Shown: positions 1-6,363, numbered from the stretch's first letter. The stretch: 10,531 bases of DNA from Candidatus Odinarchaeia archaeon (GCA_029856525.1 JAHQXC010000046.1:1-10531); one strand, 5' to 3'. The notes: generated by a model from the letters alone, not told the origin. Numbers and translations are program-made.

Positions 1-1070
1 TCTATGACTTTTTTCAAATCTATGGTTTGACTTCCAGACCAGGTTAATCTCTGAGTTGCAGAATTATAGCTTATACTACTACTACCGACAGAGTTACCGG
101 CCATCAGCTCATACTCGTACATGACAGCAGCGGTCTTATTCCAGTCATTTCCCCCTATAGTATTGTAGATAAGCGGTGCAATGAAAACTTTTCTAAGACC
201 CCATGTAGTGTTCTCCGCCTTGAAGTCGAAGTTAATTAAAGCACCAGGGTGGGTTCCACCGAAAGTGGTGTTCGTGTAAGTGAAGCTCGCGTAAGTGCAT
301 AAAACACGGGTATCGGTTATATTGTAAAGAGAAGTGTCGCCTGTGCCAACCAGGCCTTCCATAAACTGTTTAAAGACCTCTAAATGCGTGTAATTGAATG
401 ATTCTCCCTGGTAGATTAAGCCACCGTCCCCGTATACCCTCATATTAGTGTTGTTTAACCATAGGTGAACGGTTATAGGGCTCCCGATATAGTCGTTAGT
501 GCTCAGCGTTATCACACCGGTTAAAACACCTTTGTTAATATTTAAGCTGCCTGTGAATGAAGGTATTTCGAATAGCATACTTATTGATAAGGCGTCCTCA
601 ATTATTTTAGTTAAATTAAAATCTGTTAGAAGTGTTGAAACACTTAAAACCCCTTGATCGCCATCATAGTTGAGGTTGAAGTTTATGTCTCCTCGGACTG
701 GTGCGCCTGTGGCGTTAAAACTCCGATCGTAGTTGAAGGTGAAGTTTAGTTTGTTATTCAAAATATCTGTGACTAACTTAATTGACTCCGGGTATGTTAC
801 GCTTTGATGCCAGTAATGTGTTAAGTTTTCAATGATTGTGTCATTGGTTACAGATAATATAAAACTCTTATTATAGGATGCACTAAACTGTTTTAAATAT
901 GAATTAGTGATCTGAACGCTTCCATCAGGCATAACCGTGAAAGTAATAGAGTTTGTAGTATCAACAGACGGCGTCGCTTTAACAGGTTGAAAATTTAACG
1001 GTAGAACAGCCATTATTGACAATAACAGAGCTGCTGTTGTTAGAAATCCTAAAACTGTTTTTCTACTCAT
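1..1070 (-). CDS. Secreted/cell-surface glycoprotein of unknown function (partial; 3' end lies beyond the left edge)
   Basis: Manually translated open frame from ATG at 1070 to the window edge, 356 codons with no stop: MSRKTVLGFLTTAALLLSIMAVLPLNFQPVKA|TPSVDTTNSITF... It has a basic N-region, a hydrophobic core and a VKA signal-peptidase-type site. I count 12 N-X-S/T sequons, and the protein is rich in T/N/S/F with beta-like alternation. An AGGAG SD-like site lies 9 nt upstream (1080-1084). Confidence 0.85.
   Translation of the reverse strand, partial: MSRKTVLGFLTTAALLLSIMAVLPLNFQPVKATPSVDTTNSITFTVMPDGSVQITNSYLKQFSASYNKSFILSVTNDTIIENLTHYWHQSVTYPESIKLVTDILNNKLNFTFNYDRSFNATGAPVRGDINFNLNYDGDQGVLSVSTLLTDFNLTKIIEDALSISMLFEIPSFTGSLNINKGVLTGVITLSTNDYIGSPITVHLWLNNTNMRVYGDGGLIYQGESFNYTHLEVFKQFMEGLVGTGDTSLYNITDTRVLCTYASFTYTNTTFGGTHPGALINFDFKAENTTWGLRKVFIAPLIYNTIGGNDWNKTAAVMYEYELMAGNSVGSSSISYNSATQRLTWSGSQTIDLKKVI
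663..749 (-). repeat. Short in-frame internal duplication (2 x 24 nt, 63 nt apart)
   Basis: atcatagttgaggttgaagtttat (663-686) and atcgtagttgaaggtgaagtttag (726-749) are 20/24 identical. They encode INFNLNYD and LNFTFNYD. Confidence 0.6.
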
Positions 1071-1100
1071 ATTATTTTTCTCCTTTTAATATACTTCTTT

Positions 1101-1108
1101 AAAAAAAA
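1101..1108 (-). terminator. Candidate archaeal oligo-T terminator (T8 on the minus strand)
   Basis: A8 run on the plus strand, about 40 nt after the stop of the 1150..2619 gene. It overlaps the likely promoter region of the next gene. Confidence 0.4.
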
Positions 1109-1149
1109 TTAAGCTATAATAAATATCATAAAAGTTTTATATAAAATTA

Positions 1150-2619
1150 TTAGCTGTTCACAGGCTTATTATAATCAGAGGAGTAGCGGACATGTCTACT
1201 TTTACCCTGACCGATAATCTCTAGATTAAGTTTGTCAACGAATTTAATAGGCTCTAATATGAATAATCCTGCGTCTAAACCGATTTTAAAAGCTTCTATT
1301 CTGAGAAGTCTTGAAATAATTTCTTCTCTAAAAAGCTTTTCATCTTTAATATACCCTGGTTTAATTGTTAACGTTAACATTGGTTTATAATTTTTACGGG
1401 AAACATATATTTCCCAGTCATCTACGCGGCCGTTCACCATATTAGATTTTAAAATCTCATCAACAGAGATTGTGGAGAATCTTATAATACCGAGATTGAT
1501 AATATCATCTACACGGCCTAAAATCTTAAGTTTAGGGCAGACGCTTCCACACGAGCACTCTTCTACTTGAACTACTTTTACAAGATCTCCTATTCTATAT
1601 CTTACAAGCGGTAATGCTTCTTTAAAATCGGTGACTACAAGCGCGCCGGTTAAGTTTTTTTCAGCTTCAGATAGTAGAACAGCTTCAGGTGTATAACCTG
1701 GTTGTTTACGTTCTCTTTCAAGCTCTCTTTCAGGGATAATTTCTAATATACAGTTAAGTGAGGGAAAGTGTAAACCGTTATGTTCACTGCATTCATATCC
1801 TACTCCGAAGCCTTCAGTAAACCCGTATAAGTCGAATGCTTCTAAACCCCAAAGGTCTTGTAAAACCCTCCTGTAAGGGTCAAGTGACTCAGCGGTGAAG
1901 AATCCTAATCTAAGTTTTTTAAAAATATGCTTAGGTTTTATTGATATAATTTTTGTGAGAGTGGAACCTATTTTCAGTTTAAGACTCCCTTTCTCTTCAG
2001 CTATTTTTTTCAAGATACTCGGGGTTCTGCTCGCTATTTCCTCAGCTATTCTAAGTATAAGTGAGGGTGTTGATAATAGAACTGTTGGTTGTCTTTTCAT
2101 TAAAAGCTCGAAGCTATCTTGTATAGATGTCGGGCTTGCGATAATCTGCTCTATAGGATAGCCTACAGTAGCCGAGGACTCTAAAACCCGGTATGGTAGG
2201 CTCCCTGATATGAAAGGCGCTGGGAGAGTTATAGAAAGCATTATATCCTCAGGTTTCAATCCAGCTTCAAATAGTATTCTCCCTATTTCAAGACGAGCTG
2301 TCGAATAATCTTGGTAACTCCAGGGAATCCATTTCTTCTTACCCATAGATCCGGATGTGCAATGCCAGAGCGCTACGTTTCCTGTTAAAATTATCTCTTC
2401 CACAGGATGTCTTTCCCAAACTATTCTTAAATCATTCGAATCGATGAAGGGGAGTTTTCTAAGAGTATTGAAACCCTTCGAATCGTCTATTTTTAAATCT
2501 CTATTAGACCATTTATACCGGTATAAGGCTGAGAGAGAGCTCTTCCTGAAGAGATCGCTTTCAACCAGTTTCCTCTCCTGGTTTTCATAATGCTGCTGGA
2601 AGCTTAACAGATTTAACAC
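1150..2619 (-). CDS. Phenylacetate-CoA ligase (PaaK/F390-synthetase)-like adenylate-forming enzyme, paralog A
   Basis: Motifs: KLPF..SNDLR, P-loop HCTSGSMGKKK, LYGFTEG, ECSEHNGLH + CSCG (Zn site typical of PaaK-like proteins), RYRIGD, GRVDD, and C-terminal GKSRHV. GTG start. Substrate unknown. Confidence 0.85.
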   Translation of the reverse strand: MLNLLSFQQHYENQERKLVESDLFRKSSLSALYRYKWSNRDLKIDDSKGFNTLRKLPFIDSNDLRIVWERHPVEEIILTGNVALWHCTSGSMGKKKWIPWSYQDYSTARLEIGRILFEAGLKPEDIMLSITLPAPFISGSLPYRVLESSATVGYPIEQIIASPTSIQDSFELLMKRQPTVLLSTPSLILRIAEEIASRTPSILKKIAEEKGSLKLKIGSTLTKIISIKPKHIFKKLRLGFFTAESLDPYRRVLQDLWGLEAFDLYGFTEGFGVGYECSEHNGLHFPSLNCILEIIPERELERERKQPGYTPEAVLLSEAEKNLTGALVVTDFKEALPLVRYRIGDLVKVVQVEECSCGSVCPKLKILGRVDDIINLGIIRFSTISVDEILKSNMVNGRVDDWEIYVSRKNYKPMLTLTIKPGYIKDEKLFREEIISRLLRIEAFKIGLDAGLFILEPIKFVDKLNLEIIGQGKSRHVRYSSDYNKPVNS

Positions 2620-2621
2620 CT

Positions 2622-2629
2622 TTTAAATA
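2622..2629 (+). promoter_or_regulatory. Candidate TATA box (TTTAAATA) upstream of the structured intergenic segment
   Basis: Would place a transcription start near 2650, where the first hairpin begins. The region is AT-rich, so this is weak evidence. Confidence 0.3.
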
Positions 2630-2650
2630 ATTTATAGCTAAGATTTATCT

Positions 2651-2849
2651 ACCGAGAATTTTAACTTTGTCGGTGAGAAGCCTCTGTGAAAGAGGATGGT
2701 GGAAGTCAGAAGATATTTATAATTCCAAATCTTCAAAAGGATACAGGTGTAGAGTTTGGATAGGCCTATGCGCCTGTTGATGGTAGAGAATACAGGCAAA
2801 CTCCCTTATTGGAGTAGGAATACCCTTACGATATAAGGGATTAGTTCAC
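2651..2849 (+). ncRNA. Orphan omegaRNA-like / IS200-IS605 right-end-like structured element without tnpB
   Basis: Six consecutive stems: 2651-55/2670-74, 2681-85/2691-95, 2709-14/2729-34, 2743-51/2769-77, 2800-04/2811-15 and 2823-28/2834-39. It ends GGAAT-hairpin-TAGTTCAC, the same layout as the element at 10429-10462 (GGAAG-hairpin-TAGCTCAC). It contains CGCCTGT...ACAGGCAAA...GGAAT.CCC, which resembles tnpB 3'-end sequences as I recall them. No TnpB-sized ORF. Confidence 0.55.
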
Positions 2850-2874
2850 TATAAGTTTCCAGCTATTATAGGAT

Positions 2875-4251
2875 GTGAGTAAACTGCTTGAAAAAATAGC
2901 TACATATATTATAGATAGAAAACTCCGGGATTTGCGGCATAAACTCAGTGAACTAGATTCTGAGAAGACTAGAAGAATCTTAAAAAAAGTTAACGCGAAT
3001 ATTATAGATAAGATTATTAAATATAAGTTTTATAAAACGCTTAAGCATTGCTCGGTAGACTCTCCCTTCTATAAGAAGAAGCTTACCAATCTTATGAGAG
3101 AATTAAATTATAAAAACTGTTTAAGCATACTAGAGACCCTGCCTTTTACCTATCCTGAAGATGTATCTAGAAGTCCTTCAAGTTTTCTAACAGTTCCTTT
3201 AACTGATATAGCCGCCTTCCATTTCACAGCGGGGACAACTGGTAAACGGAAGCTTTTATATGTTACAAGAGAAGACTTAGATTTAATAGCTTATAATTAT
3301 TCTCTTGGTTTTTTATGGAATGGTATTAATAGAAATGATATAGCGCAGATAATGTACTCGTTTGATATCTGGCAGCTTGGATTATTGGTTCAAGACGCTT
3401 TTAGAAGAATCGGAGTTAAAACTATACCTGCAGGTAACTCGATTACTCTTCGAGAGCAGCAGAATTTTATAGAAGAATATAATGTGAATGTTTTAGCAGG
3501 GACACCGTCATATATTTACCAGCTTGCAAGAGCGATAGATTTAAAGAACTCTGCTAAGGAGCATGTTAAAGCGATTATGCTAGGAGGGGAAGGGCTTTCT
3601 AAAACTAGAAGAAATTATATTCAGAACAGACTTGGGGGTGAAGTGTTTCTAGGATATGGTTTAATGGAGATAGGTGGCGGTGTCGCATCAGAATGCAGCA
3701 TGCATAATGGAATGCATATTTCAACTACAACTATACCTGAAATAGTTGATATTAAAACAGGTGAACCGGTTGGTTTAGAAGAACACGGGGAGCTGGTTTT
3801 AACCTCATTAGATAGATATGGAATGCCGTTTATCCGTTATAGAACAAGAGATGTAACCAGGTTTATAGAGGGGGATTGTGATTGCGGGTTAAAGCTTCCG
3901 AGAATCGATTATATTAAAGGCCGGCTTGACGACAGGGTAACTATTGGAACCGCTGAAAAATATTATCCGATAGTTTTTGAAGAGCTTTTTGAGCAGATAA
4001 CTGAGATTATCGACTTTCAAATAGAGATAACAAATTTGGATGGTCGAGATAATTTAAAAATACTTGTTAAAGCTGATAAGCCTTCTAAGGATGTTGAAAG
4101 AAAAATAATTGAGAAAATATATTCTATAAGCGGGCTTAGAAATGATATTGAAAAAACCGGGACTATTAATCCGCTTCAAATAGTCTTCACAGATGAATTA
4201 GAGAAATCTCCTAAGAGAAAGATTATAATTGATAAGAGGCTGGTTGATTAG
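2875..4251 (+). CDS. Phenylacetate-CoA ligase (PaaK/F390-synthetase)-like adenylate-forming enzyme, paralog B
   Basis: Motifs: SPFYKKK, LPFT, P-loop FTAGTTGKRK, GYGLMEIGG, ECSMHNGMH + CDCG, GELVLTSL...MPFIRYRTRD, GRLDD, and C-terminal KRKIIIDKR. GTG start; basic N-terminal extension of roughly 40-50 aa. Confidence 0.88.
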   Translation: MSKLLEKIATYIIDRKLRDLRHKLSELDSEKTRRILKKVNANIIDKIIKYKFYKTLKHCSVDSPFYKKKLTNLMRELNYKNCLSILETLPFTYPEDVSRSPSSFLTVPLTDIAAFHFTAGTTGKRKLLYVTREDLDLIAYNYSLGFLWNGINRNDIAQIMYSFDIWQLGLLVQDAFRRIGVKTIPAGNSITLREQQNFIEEYNVNVLAGTPSYIYQLARAIDLKNSAKEHVKAIMLGGEGLSKTRRNYIQNRLGGEVFLGYGLMEIGGGVASECSMHNGMHISTTTIPEIVDIKTGEPVGLEEHGELVLTSLDRYGMPFIRYRTRDVTRFIEGDCDCGLKLPRIDYIKGRLDDRVTIGTAEKYYPIVFEELFEQITEIIDFQIEITNLDGRDNLKILVKADKPSKDVERKIIEKIYSISGLRNDIEKTGTINPLQIVFTDELEKSPKRKIIIDKRLVD

Positions 4252-4691
4252 ATTACTGTTATTTTATTTGTGAAAACTGTTTTAATATTAGGGTTAATAG
4301 CTCTTGTCAGATGACAGTAGTGGACTGCAAGCTCAAAACATTCTTTCAATTTATCTTCTTGTTCTTTTAATCCTGTTATCTCGAAGTCGAATAACAGCTC
4401 TTTAATATGATAACCGTCTCGGCTGAACTGAATTACGCTTCTACTGTTTACAGAGAGCTCCGTAATTTTCAATCTCATCCTCCGGCTTATATACAGGTAT
4501 GTTTCCAGCAGGCAGCCGGAGACAGCTGCTAGAAAAATTTCGTCAGAGCAATAATATTTTCCTTCACCGCCGAATTCCTCAGCCATATCAAATTTTAAAA
4601 CAGGGTTTCTCTTAAAATACGCTTCCCCGCCTGTTTTCTTATCCCAGTTTAATTTAACAGTGTATTCTAGTATTTCAGGCAAAAACACCAC
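4248..4691 (-). CDS. OsmC/Ohr-family protein (putative thiol peroxidase)
   Basis: 147 aa with EFGGEG...DEIFLAAVSGC and HYCHLTRAI, which give the two conserved Cys of the OsmC fold. Tandem GTG GTG makes the start ambiguous. Overlaps the stop of the convergent gene by 4 nt. Confidence 0.8.
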   Translation of the reverse strand: MVFLPEILEYTVKLNWDKKTGGEAYFKRNPVLKFDMAEEFGGEGKYYCSDEIFLAAVSGCLLETYLYISRRMRLKITELSVNSRSVIQFSRDGYHIKELLFDFEITGLKEQEDKLKECFELAVHYCHLTRAINPNIKTVFTNKITVI

Positions 4692-4710
4692 CTTAACCGT
4701 GTTTTAAAAA

Positions 4711-6129
4711 TTAGTTAGATAAATTAAACTCATCGTGGATTGCTTGAAGCGCTTGTGAGATATCTCTTCTAGGTATAACCATTGAAATATTCATTTCGCT
4801 GCTACCCTGAGCTATAGCTATGATATTTATATTTTTTTCAGCGAGTGCTTTGAATACTCTCGCAGCGATTCCGGGTGTGTTAAGCATACCCGCGCCTACA
4901 ACTGCTATGAGGCTTACATCATTCATTGCGTTTATCTTAATCCACCTGCGCCCGAAGAAATCTGATGCTTTTAAAACCTCTTCAGATCTCTCTTTATCAG
5001 CCTGGTCTACAACTAAAGTTATATTATTCTCAGATGAGGCTTGGCTGATCATAATTATATTAATATTATTGTTTCCTAGAATTTCAAACAGCTTAGCCGC
5101 GGTTCCTGGAAGAGACACCATTGCAGCCCCTTCCACGGTTATTAAAGCCACATCTTCTTTAGCTGTTAAAGCTTTAACAATGTCTTTTTTAACCTGTTGC
5201 TCGGTTGTGAAAGTAGTGTAATCAGCGTTTAAAGGCTTGGAGAAGTTACGGATCTCTAAGGGGATTTTCTTCTCTTCGAGTGGTATAAGACACATAGGGT
5301 GTATTATTTTAGAGCCGAAGAAAGCTAATTCTTTAGCCTCCTTGTAGGAGATTGTCTTTATAAGCTTCGCGTTTGGAACATACTTAGGGTTAGCTGTTAG
5401 AAGACCGTCTACATCCTTCCAGAGTATCACCTTCGTATGCTTAAAGGAGTCTACAATACTATACGCTATTAGAGTTGCAGTGAAATCACTGCCCCCTCTT
5501 CCAAGTGTTGTTACGAAACCGTCCTCGCTTCTAGCTAGAAAACCTGTGATTACAGGGATCTCCCTGTTTCTTAAAACTGGAACTATCTGGGTTTCTATAA
5601 GTTTCTTCGTTTTATCAAGTTTAGGCAGCGCATTAGTATAATTGTTATCTGTTACTATCAGGTTATCCGCTTGGAAGAATCTTACAGCGTATCCTTTAGA
5701 CTTTAAGTAATAGTATAGGATTGAAGTTGAGAAGCGTTCGCCGAATGCTATAACTTGGTCTGTAAGCTGAGGACTGATCGAGCATAAATCATAGACTTTA
5801 GTTAAAACCTCTTTTAACTGGGCGGCTAAATCTGAGATGAAAGATGAGGCTAAACTGAGATTCTCAGAGTCTTTTATTATTTCGACAGCTATTTTCAAAT
5901 GCATGTCTTGAAGTTTTTTAACCACTTCACCTGGTTCCGTAGCATGAGCGTTACATTCTCGCATGAATTTTATAAGCTGGTTTGTAACCCCTTGTAGAGC
6001 TGAGGCTACCAGTACTAAGCCGCCTTTTTTATAATTTTCTATAATAGCGAGTATTTTATCAAAGCTTCTCTCATCTACTAAGCAGCTTCCACCCAGCTTA
6101 TGCACTGTTACCTCGGCGGGCTCGCTCAT
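4711..6129 (-). CDS. lysC: Aspartate kinase, monofunctional, with two C-terminal ACT domains
   Basis: Motifs: HKLGGS, TTLGRGGSDFTA, WKDVDGLLTANP, ISYKEAKELAFFGSKIIHP; ACT repeats PGTAAKLFEILGNNNINI..ISQASSE and PGIAARVFKALAEKNINIIAIAQGSSE. GCGTGAT SD-like site upstream. Confidence 0.95.
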   Translation of the reverse strand: MSEPAEVTVHKLGGSCLVDERSFDKILAIIENYKKGGLVLVASALQGVTNQLIKFMRECNAHATEPGEVVKKLQDMHLKIAVEIIKDSENLSLASSFISDLAAQLKEVLTKVYDLCSISPQLTDQVIAFGERFSTSILYYYLKSKGYAVRFFQADNLIVTDNNYTNALPKLDKTKKLIETQIVPVLRNREIPVITGFLARSEDGFVTTLGRGGSDFTATLIAYSIVDSFKHTKVILWKDVDGLLTANPKYVPNAKLIKTISYKEAKELAFFGSKIIHPMCLIPLEEKKIPLEIRNFSKPLNADYTTFTTEQQVKKDIVKALTAKEDVALITVEGAAMVSLPGTAAKLFEILGNNNINIIMISQASSENNITLVVDQADKERSEEVLKASDFFGRRWIKINAMNDVSLIAVVGAGMLNTPGIAARVFKALAEKNINIIAIAQGSSEMNISMVIPRRDISQALQAIHDEFNLSN

Positions 6130-6142
6130 ATAATCACGCCTT

Positions 6143-6148
6143 AAAAAA
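6143..6148 (-). terminator. Candidate oligo-T (T6) terminator after the tRNA
   Basis: TTTTTT on the minus strand about 14 nt after the encoded CCA. Confidence 0.4.
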
Positions 6149-6193
6149 CGGTTACGGTTGAATGGTGGGAGCGATGGGATTCGGACCCATGAC

Positions 6194-6213
6194 CTCCGGT
6201 TTACATGTTTAAT
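6194..6213 (-). other. tRNA intron 3 (20 nt, variable loop, ~45/46)
   Basis: A 20-nt insert is needed to restore the perfect anticodon stem. BHB: CCGG(40-43):CCGG central helix, bulges AAA and AGG, closed by G39.U47 and two U-A pairs. The exact position is ambiguous from sequence alone because CCGGA is duplicated. Confidence 0.7.
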
Positions 6214-6221
6214 TTCCGGCT

Positions 6222-6256
6222 TTCTCAGAGGATTGCTCTTGTTACGAGCGCGGTCG
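6222..6256 (-). other. tRNA intron 2 (35 nt, canonical 37/38)
   Basis: Textbook BHB: C32-U33-U34-A35 pairs with intron UGAG, bulges UA|C and AA|A, outer helix is the anticodon stem. Internal GCUC/GAGC hairpin. Confidence 0.88.
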
Positions 6257-6273
6257 TATAAGGCCGGCGCTCT

Positions 6274-6288
6274 TTCTGGATGCAGTTT
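6274..6288 (-). other. tRNA intron 1 (15 nt, D-loop, 20a/21)
   Basis: CUGG:CCAG central helix, bulges UU|A and AA|A, closed by C16-G22 and an A-U pair. Confidence 0.8.
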
Positions 6289-6342
6289 AACCAGGCTGAG
6301 CTACGCTCCCACACCGTACCTACTTTAATGGTTATCTAAACA

Positions 6343-6353
6343 TTTTTTAAATA
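6343..6353 (-). promoter_or_regulatory. Candidate TATA box for the tRNA
   Basis: TATTTAAAAAA on the minus strand, about 33-43 nt upstream of tRNA position 1, which would allow a short 5' leader. Confidence 0.45.
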
Positions 6354-6363
6354 TTTAGGTATA

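Larger units (their letters stand above)
6163..6310 (-). tRNA. tRNA-Ile(UAU) interrupted by three introns; CCA encoded
   Basis: Removing 6274-6288, 6222-6256 and 6194-6213 gives a 78-nt cloverleaf: GGGAGCG UA GCUC AGCCUGGUUA GAGC G CCGGC CU-UAU-AA GCCGG AAGUC AUGGG UCCGAAU CCCAU CGCUCCC A CCA. All four stems pair perfectly, and the discriminator is A73. Confidence 0.88.

Noticed and set aside
1895-2161. 88-aa plus-strand ORF
   Set aside because: Antisense shadow inside the well-supported ligase gene, with no motifs.
2357-2590. 77-aa plus-strand ORF
   Set aside because: Antisense shadow of the same ligase gene.
2768-2836. 22-codon ORF MRLLMVENTGKLPYWSRNTLTI as a leader peptide
   Set aside because: No enrichment of any amino acid and no clear SD; its size is expected by chance, and the RNA structure explains the region better.
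2651-2849. Known riboswitch (TPP, SAM, cobalamin), C/D box sRNA or CRISPR array
   Set aside because: The required conserved cores, C/D box pair or regularly spaced repeats are absent.
4820-5221. 133-aa plus-strand ORF
   Set aside because: Antisense shadow of the lysC ACT domains.
5596-5605. 10-nt match (TATAAGTTTC) in lysC to the start of the putative guide at 2850
   Set aside because: Short and AT-rich, with no known TAM to test; plausible by chance. Worth revisiting only if the orphan RNA is validated.
6203-6211. TAAACATGT shared between tRNA intron 3 and the predicted guide at 10411-10419
   Set aside because: Only 9 nt, AT-rich and outside the seed region; probably coincidence.
6216-6262. 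Alternative tRNA identities (Leu-UAA, Ser-UGA) or a single long 37/38 intron
   Set aside because: They violate BHB cleavage geometry, and there is no long variable arm. The single-intron reading forces a C31-A39 mismatch.
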